Positions 9,446 through 17,857 of a stretch of 32,000 nucleotides of DNA are shown here, piece by piece (positions within the stretch are counted from its first letter, which is position 1; every line of letters starts with the position of its first letter). Location of the stretch: the NCBI GenBank assembly GCA_951812855.1, contig OX638337.1:510001-542000 (forward strand). The letters run 5' to 3'. The notes below the pieces were generated by a model, which searched no databases, was not told the origin of the DNA, and was given only the letters and a program-made list of their open reading frames with translations. The position numbers and the translations under genes are program-made. Source of the DNA: an uncultured Lentisphaeria bacterium. Its GTDB lineage: Bacteria; Verrucomicrobiota; Lentisphaeria; JABSQK01; JAJFLO01.

Positions 9446-9853
9446 TCAATTCAAAATCCAATTTCCACTGTTCAAATCATTAATTCTGTCAAAATATTTC
9501 ACATTGCCGGCAATTAACGTTAAATCATTACTTATTTCTATAGAAGAAATTTGTAAATTCAGCCAGGACAAAATTAATCCTTTAGAGGACATATCTGCAC
9601 GTAATCTCCCACATATATATGATACATTTGTATCAAAATCCAGAATAGTAACCGAAGGTAAAAGAATCCTTGTCAAATTATCTATATGAAATGAAGTTTG
9701 TTCACTCTTGTAAGCTCCATAACTAACTTCAGATAAGGTAATCGTTGAAATAAACTGATGCTCCTTCCGAATGTTTTTTAGCTTATCACACAGATATTCT
9801 GAAGGTTTCTTTTTAAATATATTTGTTATTATATCGGTATCAAATAGATACAT
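9446..9853 (-). CDS. vapC: PIN-domain toxin, VapC family
   Basis: 135 aa. It starts MYLFDTDIITN and ends LIAGNVKYFDRI, both PIN hallmarks. It overlaps the upstream antitoxin ORF by 14 nt. The position usually holding the third acidic residue appears to be Asn (SWLNLQISS). Confidence 0.8.
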   Translation of the reverse strand: MYLFDTDIITNIFKKKPSEYLCDKLKNIRKEHQFISTITLSEVSYGAYKSEQTSFHIDNLTRILLPSVTILDFDTNVSYICGRLRADMSSKGLILSWLNLQISSIEISNDLTLIAGNVKYFDRINDLNSGNWILN

Positions 9854-10148
9854 TCCTGCCCTCCCCGCCCTGATTTCTGAGTAATGTGATCTCTTTCAAA
9901 GACTCACTGATTTCGTCAAAACAATCCCATTTTCCTATCGTTTCCGAGAGTCCACCCACATTGTCAAACTTTTCTATTTTTAATAAATCTTCAGAAGAAA
10001 CCAAAGCTGCTGCAGGTTGGTTTCGTTTTGCAATCACAAACCGTTCTTTCCTGGTGATTAAGCCATTGGGTAAAGGATGTCGGATTTTCTTCAAAGTAAA
10101 TTGGCAGTGTAATGATATTAGCTGATAAATCAGGCCGGCCACAATCAT
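9840..10148 (-). CDS. Phd/YefM-type antitoxin; start uncertain (ATG 10148 or TTG 10094)
   Basis: The C-terminal ~85 aa of listed ORF 9840..10295 read ...KKIRHPLPNGLITRKERFVIAKRNQPAAALVSSEDLLKIE.... This matches the Phd/YefM core (...vvItrrgkpvAvlvs.e.y..l). The reading frame is continuous with the MFS remnant upstream. Confidence 0.6.
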   Translation of the reverse strand: MIVAGLIYQLISLHCQFTLKKIRHPLPNGLITRKERFVIAKRNQPAAALVSSEDLLKIEKFDNVGGLSETIGKWDCFDEISESLKEITLLRNQGGEGRNVSI

Positions 10149-10748
10149 CGTACAACACAGCAGCATAAAACAAACCGTTGCATGCTTTACCGGAATGGAT
10201 TCGGTATAAGTTTTGTCACAACTGCGATATTCCTTTACATTCTGAAGCAAACTCAAACTACCTGCTGCTGCACCGATTATACCGGAAAAAATCATCAGAT
10301 TTCGCTATCCGGAGTAAAATCCTCCGATACCGCCAGTCAAGGGAGCAGAACAAATTCCGATATTTCCAAATATACCCAAATATCCCGGGACATTTCCTTG
10401 TTGCGTGACGGATTTTGAAATGAGTGACATCCCGGCTCGATGAACTGCTGCAATTCCAATTCCGATAACTCCCAATGAAATCCACAATACAGGAAGTGTC
10501 GAAGAAAGTCCGGATGATATCGCGCCTGAACCCGCCAATACCATGCTGATACCCAATACCCGTTTAGAATCAGTCTTATCTGCCAGGTATCCCCAGAATG
10601 GTGCAAGACATCTGGATAGTAAATAGAGTAAAAACCCGGTTTTAACAACAATCCCCGCCGGCAGACTGAGATCCTGAACGATATACATGATCATGGCAGG
10701 ACATAAAATCTCATAATAATGTGCCGCCGCATGAGAGGAGCCCGCCAC
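10149..10748 (-). pseudogene. MFS transporter, N-terminal ~7 TM only, with in-frame TAG
   Basis: The WGYLADKTDSKRVLGISM loop is the MFS TM2-TM3 motif, and the rest is serial hydrophobic helices. An in-frame TAG at 10305-10307 splits ORFs 10305..10748 and 9840..10295, which share one frame (...GGFYSG*RNLMIFSGIIGAAAG...). The sequence after about TM7 is replaced by the antitoxin. Confidence 0.65.
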
Positions 10749-10777
10749 AATAACATTTTTTTTACGGCACGATTTAT

Positions 10778-12535
10778 CTAAATTCGGGCCTCATGGGTAT
10801 AAAGACTGAAATAACGACCTTGTTTTTCAAGCAAATCATCATGGATTCCGCGTTCAACGATCTCACCATCTTCGACAACCAGAATCTGATCTGCTTTTTG
10901 AACAGTACTAAGCCGATGGGCAATGACAATGGTCGTCCGGCCTTTCAATAATTCAGACAAACTGTTTTGTATAAATAACTCACTTTCGGTATCCAGATTT
11001 GAAGTTGCTTCATCAAACATTAAAATTTTCGGATCCGCCAGTAATGCACGGGCAATCGCCACACGCTGCCGTTGACCGCCGGACAGCTTTACACCGCGCT
11101 CACCAATCCGGGTTTCCAGCCCGTCATCAAACCGATCCGTAAATTCCCGTACATGGGCAGCACCTACAGCATCCTGCAACTGTTCCTCTGTTGCGGATGG
11201 ATTGCCGAATAGAATGTTTTCACGAATAGTTCCCTCATACAAAAAGTTTTCCTGTAAAACGACGCCGAGTCGCGATCTGTAACTGTCAAGTGTCACGGTG
11301 GATAAATCGATTCCATCCATACTGACAACCCCTTCGTCGGGAGTTAAAAATGATGCTGCCAGTCCCGCCATCGTTGTCTTACCCGACCCCGATGAACCGA
11401 CTAAGGCAACGACCGATCCTGCCGGTGCATCGAAACTGATATTTTTCAATATCGGATCGCCTTTCTTATATGAAAAACTCACGTTTTCAAAAGTAATATG
11501 ACCCGAAAAATCACCTAACACCTCTGTCCTCGTTTTATCCTGATCTTCACGGGCAGTCTTAAGAATCTCCTGAGTTCGATCCAATCCGGCAAATGCTTCG
11601 GTTATCTGACTGCCTATATTTCCCATCTGTACAATCGGTGCAACCAGCAATGCCAGAAAAGAAACGAATGCAATCAATTCACCAACAGTCATTTTATCCT
11701 GAATAATCATTGTCCCTCCCAGCCAGAATATACCCACACCGGCAGAACCAATGAGCAATATCCCTACACTTTGAACTAAACTCGTTGCGGTCAGCGATCG
11801 TTTTACATTCTGATATATCCGATTTACTCCCTTTTCAAAAACCCCGATTTCTACCTTCTCCGCATTAAACCCTTTGATAATCCGAATGCCTCCGATTGAC
11901 TCGGTTAAACGTCCGGTTACCTCTGCATTTATTTTTCGACGCTCACGAAAAACAGGGCGAATATATCGAAATGCCTTTAGTGACACGATGCCGAATAATA
12001 TCAGCGGAAGCACAACATACAGAGTTAAGAGTGCATTGATGTTTATTAGAATTGCCAATGCGACAATCGACGTTAAAATTCCTCCAAACATCTGTACCAC
12101 ACCAGTTCCTACAAGATTGCGAACGCCTTCCACATCAGTCATAATACGGGATACCAGTTCACCCGATTTTGTATTATCAAAATAATTGATCGGCAGGTAG
12201 ACAATATGTCTTTGCACCTTTAGCCGGAGTAAAGAAATCAGATGTTGTGCTTCAACACTCAATAATTTTGTAAGAACAAACGAAGTTACTGCCTGAATCA
12301 CAATTGCAACAGACAAAGCCAGCATTATCCACGTTAACAGATTCGTATCACCTTGAGTAATGACATCATCAATCAGATACTTCGTGGATCCCGGTAAAAC
12401 CATGCCTGAGAGCCGATTAATAACAATAAGAACCAGACCGAAAAACAGTAGCCTTCGCCTTGGCCGGATAATCGTGTCAAACGCGATTTTTACTGTATTC
12501 AGAGATGGTTTTTTAGTCTTGGAATTCTGACACAT
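10778..12535 (-). CDS. ABC transporter, fused permease/ATP-binding subunit (MsbA-like exporter)
   Basis: 585 aa with a six-TM N-terminal half. Walker A is GSSGSGKTT, the signature is LSGGQRQRVAIARAL, and Walker B is ILMFDEATSNLD. Confidence 0.95.
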   Translation of the reverse strand: MCQNSKTKKPSLNTVKIAFDTIIRPRRRLLFFGLVLIVINRLSGMVLPGSTKYLIDDVITQGDTNLLTWIMLALSVAIVIQAVTSFVLTKLLSVEAQHLISLLRLKVQRHIVYLPINYFDNTKSGELVSRIMTDVEGVRNLVGTGVVQMFGGILTSIVALAILININALLTLYVVLPLILFGIVSLKAFRYIRPVFRERRKINAEVTGRLTESIGGIRIIKGFNAEKVEIGVFEKGVNRIYQNVKRSLTATSLVQSVGILLIGSAGVGIFWLGGTMIIQDKMTVGELIAFVSFLALLVAPIVQMGNIGSQITEAFAGLDRTQEILKTAREDQDKTRTEVLGDFSGHITFENVSFSYKKGDPILKNISFDAPAGSVVALVGSSGSGKTTMAGLAASFLTPDEGVVSMDGIDLSTVTLDSYRSRLGVVLQENFLYEGTIRENILFGNPSATEEQLQDAVGAAHVREFTDRFDDGLETRIGERGVKLSGGQRQRVAIARALLADPKILMFDEATSNLDTESELFIQNSLSELLKGRTTIVIAHRLSTVQKADQILVVEDGEIVERGIHDDLLEKQGRYFSLYTHEARI

Positions 12536-13198
12536 TCTTATTCGTTGCGATGAATGAAATTAATAGTAAAAAATGTCGTTTCAGTTTACTTTTTATACCA
12601 GTAAAGTCAATGTTTACTTATACTTTAAAAACGATGTGGGGCACTCTTTATCATTGCATGAAAAGAGTCAATGGAATCCATCCCGAAGAACTTATAAAAT
12701 TTACGGTAAATGCACTGCACCGCCCGCGGTCCCTTATTTATCACAGAGTACTAATAAATATTTTGTGTTCTTATGCATTAAACCCAGAGCTGATTGTGAT
12801 ATATTCGGAATGAAGAGTGATATCCCAAAGTGAATATTTTTAAAATATGAAACGTCACTTTGTGTTAATTCCAAATCGAGTTGATTTGACGTTAAAGAAA
12901 TAAGGTTTAACCTGTTTGTTCTGAAAAAAATATGTTTTTTTATCTCATTGAAATTTCATTTTGTAATAATAATATCTTTTAGCTGAAGAAGATAAATTTG
13001 ATACGTCAGATCTCTCAGCGACTTGATGGCGACGATTGGTCTCTTATTGATCTAATATTAAAACAGTACGGTTTGCCAACGAACGATCAGTGCTCGAATA
13101 ATAAGGGCGATTACATCGTAAATATGATCGAAACTGGAAGCGATGATATCCTTCTAGATCAGGGGCTGATCGAAAAACCGAGATTTGAGAAGTTGACA

Positions 13199-14188
13199 AT
13201 GAAAGAGTCTGATATTCGCCAACCCGATAAACTGGCGAAGTACCTCGAACTGAATATTCGCGATGCCGAAAAACTGTTTTCGGATGCCCCGCGAAACGTG
13301 ATCGCGTGCCCTGGCTGCGAAGCGGAAGGAGACGAGGTTACTTTTAAAAAGAACGGGTTTGGATTTGTTGTTTGTTCGAAGTGCAGCTCTCTCTTTCAGT
13401 CTCCTCGCCCGTTGAAGAAAGTATTCGAAAAGTTCTATATGACGTCGGAATCAAGCGATTACTGGGCGACAGAGTTTTTTCCACCGGTCGCAGAGGTTCG
13501 CCGGGAAAAGATTTTTCGGCCACGGGTAGAGCAAATCCAATCGCTGCTCAAGTTGAATGAGTCCTACGCGGGAACAATAATCGATGTTGAGGCCGGACAT
13601 GGAATCTTCCTGGAAGAATGGGCGAAATGTTTTCCGCAGAATAAATGTCTGGCGTTGGAACCTGGAAAAAAGCTTGCAACGATTTGTCGTCGAAGGGTTT
13701 CGAGGTTCTGGAGGAGGTTTCAAAGGAGGCATCGGTCTGGTGAGGACGAGGCGATGTTGTCGTTTGCTTCGAAGTGATCGAACACGTTCACGATCCCGAG
13801 GAGTTTGTCGGCTCTCTGGCGAACCTGATAGTAGAAGGGGGCAGTGTGATCGTGACTGGACTCGGTTGTGAAGGTTTTGATGTTCAAGTGCTTTGGGATA
13901 AATCGAAAGCGGTTCATGCTCTGCATCATCTGAACTTTCTTTCGGTGGAGGGATTTGAGAACGTTTTTCGGCGGGCCGGCTTTAGTTTGGTGGAGGTGAT
14001 TACGCCCGGAAAGTTAGATTTTGATATCGTTAAGAACAGGCTGGCCCAGAATCCAGATTTGAATCCGGGGTCTGGCCCGCTTCCTGGCGGCGGTCGTGAA
14101 ACGATCCGAGCAAGCGGTCGAAGACTTTCAGGCGTTTCTCCGAAAATACGCTCTGAGTTCCCATATCTGGGTCATTGCCAGGAAATAG
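13199..14188 (+). pseudogene. class I SAM-dependent methyltransferase (Zn-ribbon N-terminus), disrupted by two frameshifts and one nonsense codon
   Basis: The reconstruction is MKESD...CPGCEAEGDEVTFKKNGFGFVVCSKCSSLFQSPRP ... IIDVEAGHGIFLEEW ... then SKGFEVLEEVSKEASVW*GRGDVVVCFEVIEHVHDPEEFV ... then GLARFLAAVVKRSEQAVEDFQAFLRKYALSSHIWVIARK*. The frame changes near 13690 and in the G-run at 14067-14070. There is an in-frame TGA at 13741-13743. The region is visibly GC-richer than its flanks. Confidence 0.7.
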
Positions 14189-14197
14189 GGATAAGGA

Positions 14198-14356
14198 ATG
14201 GATCGAAACAAAGCAACAAACTTTGGCCCCTGGTCTATGGTGGGGCATCCCCAGGTGACCGAGGCAATGATCTCGACCGGCGTTTTTGATTGGCTGACGG
14301 TTGACCTCGAACATTGTGCTTACTCTGAATCACCATCGCCGCAGGGAATCAGATAG
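14198..14356 (+). pseudogene. HpcH/HpaI-family aldolase, N-terminal 52-codon fragment
   Basis: Hand translation gives MDRNKATNFGPWSMVGHPQVTEAMISTGVFDWLTVDLEHCAYSESPSPQGIR*. The pattern G.W......P...E.....GFDW..iD.EH is the N-terminal signature of this aldolase family. The remaining ~200 aa are absent. Confidence 0.55.
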
Positions 14357-14453
14357 AAATAGTAACACAAGTTGTCGACACGATCGAAACAGAGATTAAG
14401 AAAGGACTCACGCTCTACCTGAAACACAACAAAAACAAAGGAGAGAAAATATT

Positions 14454-14915
14454 ATGACTGGAAGAAACCTCATCACTGTAACGGCTTTATTGTTGTTTTC
14501 ATTAAATTGCTGTGCTCATGACAGTGATCGCATTGATCAGTTGGAGAAAGAGCTCAGGGAAACACAGGAACGAATTTCTCAGGTAGTTGAGACGTTGAAG
14601 GGAAAAGATTTACAGTTGGAGAAAGAGCTCAGGGAAACACAGGAACGAATTTCGAAACTCGAATCAATACTGAACCAACAAACCGATGAAGAAAAATCTG
14701 TGCCGGCAGGTAATGGCTGGAAATCTCTATCTAACTGGAGAAAAATTTTCACAGGCATGAGGATAAATACCGTGCGAAATATTCTGGGTGAACCGAAAAG
14801 GATTAACGGCGAGTATGGGTTATGGGGCGGAGATTGGGCATACTGGTACTACGAGAATGGAGGAAAAGTTGTGTTTTCTGATGGGAGTGTGCATCGTTTT
14901 TCAGAACCAGACTGA
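14454..14915 (+). CDS. secreted coiled-coil protein with BamE/SmpA-like C-terminal domain
   Basis: 153 aa with a strong SD (aaaggagag). The signal-like N-terminus is MTGRNLITVTALLLFSLNCCA. The heptad segment LEKELRETQERIS is duplicated. The C-terminal part, WRKIFTGMRINTVRNILGEPKRI...WAYWYY.NGGKVVF, resembles small BamE-like domains. Confidence 0.65.
   Translation: MTGRNLITVTALLLFSLNCCAHDSDRIDQLEKELRETQERISQVVETLKGKDLQLEKELRETQERISKLESILNQQTDEEKSVPAGNGWKSLSNWRKIFTGMRINTVRNILGEPKRINGEYGLWGGDWAYWYYENGGKVVFSDGSVHRFSEPD
14538..14653 (+). repeat. two perfect 41-bp copies, 75 bp (25 codons) apart, inside the coiled-coil gene
   Basis: cagttggagaaagagctcagggaaacacaggaacgaatttc occurs at 14538-14578 and again at 14613-14653. 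Confidence 0.9.
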
Positions 14916-14934
14916 ATCCACATAATCGGGTAAA

Positions 14935-14953
14935 GGGGAGCTTTTAACTCCCC
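14935..14953. terminator. GC hairpin between convergent genes (possible terminator; no T-run)
   Basis: The sequence is ggggag-cttttaa-ctcccc, 20 nt after the stop of ORF 14454..14915. It is followed by a second imperfect 32-nt hairpin at 14962-14993. Confidence 0.35.
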
Positions 14954-15102
14954 CACCCCATACCACCGGGGATGCGGGTCGGCACCCGGCGGTTCCTGTT
15001 CGTCAGGAGCCGGTCTGTTTGATTATTGTCAACTTAAAACGATAAAATTTCTATTGTGATATTCATTGACTTGTATCGAAGAGAGTTTTAGTTCCTTTGG
15101 TG

Positions 15103-16374
15103 TTAAATAACAAATTCTTTAAATTCACGTTTGAAATTGTTTGGGACGGATGCGGTAATATAAATTGCATCGTCCTTAAATTGTTCTTCGGTTATATGCC
15201 CTGTCCTATGCAAGAGGGCAACAACATCATATTTATCCTGAGGAATCCGCAATGTCATCCTGTTCATGTCCTTATTGATAATAGATTCAACTGCTTTTAT
15301 CAGTTCAGAAGTTCCGTCTTTTGTTTTTGTTGAAATAAAAAATGCATCTGGATATGATCGTTTAATACGGTGAATCACATAAGATTCCTGCACCAAATCA
15401 ATTTTATTAAAGACGGTGAGAATATGATTATTTTCTGCCCCAATCTGCTGTAATACCTCATGGGTCGTTTTAATATGCTCTTGATAATCGGGATTGGTTA
15501 CGTCAACTATCTGGATTAGAAAGGTCGCCAAAACGGCCTCCTCCAGTGTCGCCTTAAATGCTTCAACGAGATTATGAGGAAGATTTCTAACAAATCCAAC
15601 AGTATCTGTCAATAAAACAACCTGATTGTTTGCCAGGGTCAGTTTACGAGTCGTTGGATCCAGCGTAGCAAAAAGTTTATCTTCTATTAATATATCCGAG
15701 TGCGTTAAACAGTTAAGAAATGATGATTTCCCAGCATTGGTATAGCCAACAATCGCGATATTGGGTACTGGTTTTTTCTGACGTTTTTTACGTTGTTCAG
15801 ACCTTTGCCTGCGTACCAGATTTAGATCTTTTTTAAGTTTCGAGATCCGCCGACGAACGAGACGTTCGTCAACTTCAATCTGCTTTTCACCTTCGCCTTT
15901 CAGCCCTACGCCTCCCTTCTGCCGTGAAAGATGGGTCCAGGCTCGTTTCAACCGTGGCAGCATATATTCAGACTTCGCCAATTCGATCTGGAGTACCGCC
16001 TCCTTTGTTGACGCCCGGGCAGCGAAAATATCAAGGATAATCTCACGGCGGTCAATTACTCGAATTCCAGTTAGTTTCTCCCAATTACGTTGTTGGGATG
16101 GTGTTAAATCATTATTAAAAACGATTAGATTAATCTTATTTTCACGACAACGATCGTTGATATCACTGGCATTACCACTGCCAATGAGATAACGGGATTG
16201 CGATTTATCAATTTTTATTATGCATGAATCAACAACCTCGATGTCACATGTATTTGTTAGTTCTTTCAGTTCAAGCAAGAGTTTCCCGGTTTCATTTTCA
16301 CCCTGGCCAGACTGTCTGACAGCGACCAGAAATGCCCGTTCTTTTGCGATCGATACATCAGACAGTTGAGACAA
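15103..16374 (-). CDS. hflX: GTPase HflX
   Basis: 423 aa. It has an HflX N-terminal domain, G1 GYTNAGKSSFLN, G3 DTVGF and NKID. The start is TTG. Confidence 0.95.
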   Translation of the reverse strand: MSQLSDVSIAKERAFLVAVRQSGQGENETGKLLLELKELTNTCDIEVVDSCIIKIDKSQSRYLIGSGNASDINDRCRENKINLIVFNNDLTPSQQRNWEKLTGIRVIDRREIILDIFAARASTKEAVLQIELAKSEYMLPRLKRAWTHLSRQKGGVGLKGEGEKQIEVDERLVRRRISKLKKDLNLVRRQRSEQRKKRQKKPVPNIAIVGYTNAGKSSFLNCLTHSDILIEDKLFATLDPTTRKLTLANNQVVLLTDTVGFVRNLPHNLVEAFKATLEEAVLATFLIQIVDVTNPDYQEHIKTTHEVLQQIGAENNHILTVFNKIDLVQESYVIHRIKRSYPDAFFISTKTKDGTSELIKAVESIINKDMNRMTLRIPQDKYDVVALLHRTGHITEEQFKDDAIYITASVPNNFKREFKEFVI

Positions 16375-16721
16375 ATATTCCCCCCGGATTAAATTAGTTA
16401 TTTGATTTACAGTCCTGATTATTAGGATTTCTTATAGACTTGTTCAGGCAATTTTACGTCTAAATTATTTGGAATTCAATCACCTGCGACTATTTGATTA
16501 ATTTAGAATAATTGGAAACATGATTATAATTAACAGATAAATGATATCGAACCGATACATGCATCCGAAATCCGATCCGATGAATACGATCAAAATCTGA
16601 ATACCGGAGATTTACAGTTTACATATCTTGCATGTCTCCTAAAATTGATTAAACTAAACCCTTTTCAAATTCAGATACTGGTTTTTCATATAATCGACAC
16701 AAAAATAAGGAAATATTGACA

Positions 16722-17807
16722 ATGTCGACCGTTTACAATTTTAATGCAGGACCCTCCACTTTACCCAAAGAAGTAATGGAATCAGCCCAGAGCGAATTTT
16801 TAAATTATAACAACCTCGGTTATAGCATTATGGAAGCAAGTCATCGCAGCCCGGAATTCCAAAATGTCATTGATACGGCCGAGGGAAACATCCGTAAACT
16901 GCTGACTATTTCAGATAACTATTCAGTTCTGTTTTTACAGGGAGGTGCCAGTACACAATTTTCAATGATCCCAATGAATTTTCTTGGCGAGGGTCAATCT
17001 GCTGACTATGTCCAAACCGGAGCATGGAGTGAAAAAGCAATTAAAGAAGCTCAGCGTTGTCGTTCAGTCAATATTTCTGCCTCGAGTAAAGAAAGTAATT
17101 ATACCTGTATCCCGGAGCTCGATACATGGAATCCCAATCCAGACAGTGTCTATACGCATATAACATCAAACAATACAATTTTCGGAACACAGTTTCATCA
17201 ATTTCCGGCATGTTCAAATGATGCACCGTTAATTGCAGATATGTCCAGTGACATTTTATCGAGAAAACTAAATGTCAATGACTTTGGAATGATTTATGCA
17301 GGTGCTCAAAAAAATCTTGGTCCAGGCGGCGTAACCCTTGTCATACTCAATAAAAATCTGTTAGCCCGAATTCCTGAAAATTTGCCGTCAATGCTTGATT
17401 ATAATACTCATATTAAAAGTGGTTCGTTGTACAATACACCGCCGACTTTTGCGATCTATATGATAATGTTAACGACCAACTGGATTATAAGCAACGGTGG
17501 AATCGATGGTATTGAACAGTTAAACGATAAAAAAGCAGGGGTATTATACGATCTAATTGATTCCGATGATTTTTTTAGTTGCCCGGTAAAACAGGGAAGT
17601 CGTTCTAAAATGAACGTATGTTTCAGGCTGCCTTCTGAGAATCTGGAAACTGAATTTATAAAATCCGCCGGGGAAAAAGGAATGGTCGGTCTCAAAGGCC
17701 ATCGGTCTGTCGGAGGTGTGCGGGCCAGCATTTATAATGCAATGCCAACAGAAGGTGTTCGGTTTCTGGCTGATTTCATGAGTGAATTCAAAAAACTTCA
17801 TTCTTGA
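16722..17807 (+). CDS. serC: phosphoserine aminotransferase
   Basis: The N-terminus STVYNFNAGPSTLPKEV, with SHRS..F and GAQKNLGP, is typical SerC. The ATG at 16722 is preferred over the listed TTG at 16716 because of its spacing to the taaggaaa SD. Confidence 0.95.
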   Translation: MSTVYNFNAGPSTLPKEVMESAQSEFLNYNNLGYSIMEASHRSPEFQNVIDTAEGNIRKLLTISDNYSVLFLQGGASTQFSMIPMNFLGEGQSADYVQTGAWSEKAIKEAQRCRSVNISASSKESNYTCIPELDTWNPNPDSVYTHITSNNTIFGTQFHQFPACSNDAPLIADMSSDILSRKLNVNDFGMIYAGAQKNLGPGGVTLVILNKNLLARIPENLPSMLDYNTHIKSGSLYNTPPTFAIYMIMLTTNWIISNGGIDGIEQLNDKKAGVLYDLIDSDDFFSCPVKQGSRSKMNVCFRLPSENLETEFIKSAGEKGMVGLKGHRSVGGVRASIYNAMPTEGVRFLADFMSEFKKLHS

Positions 17808-17857
17808 AAATAATCACTTGCAGGGTCAATCGATTTAAAACGGATTCCTGCTTGTTA

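Noticed and set aside
10305-10307. The in-frame TAG in the MFS frame and the in-frame TGA at 13741-13743 in the methyltransferase, read as programmed recoding (Pyl/Sec or stop-codon reassignment).
   Set aside because: All intact genes in the window terminate normally at TAA, TAG or TGA. Both affected genes carry additional lesions (truncation, frameshifts), and no SECIS-like context is evident.
10178-10651. Overlapping ORFs 10178..10408, 10182..10418, 10258..10485 and 10337..10651.
   Set aside because: These are alternative frames or strands of the MFS remnant. The frame with TM helices and the MFS loop motif explains the region.
12550-12833. Two overlapping plus-strand ORFs (87 and 86 aa) in the 460-bp gap upstream of the ABC exporter.
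   Set aside because: There are no motifs and no RBS. The region is AT-rich with one short GC patch. It more likely holds the ABC gene promoter: the minus strand has TTGACT-16 nt-TAAACT at 12610-12583, which is itself only a weak guess.
13160-13180. The sequence ggggctgatcg resembles the 5' end of tmRNA.
   Set aside because: It lies inside a coding-type frame, and there is no tRNA-like 3' end, tag reading frame or pseudoknot region nearby.
14962-14993. A 32-nt bulged hairpin whose size resembles group II intron domain V.
   Set aside because: There is no AGC/CGC catalytic triad at the stem base, no GNRA tetraloop (the loop is 6 nt), and no intron-encoded reverse transcriptase or other intron domains nearby.
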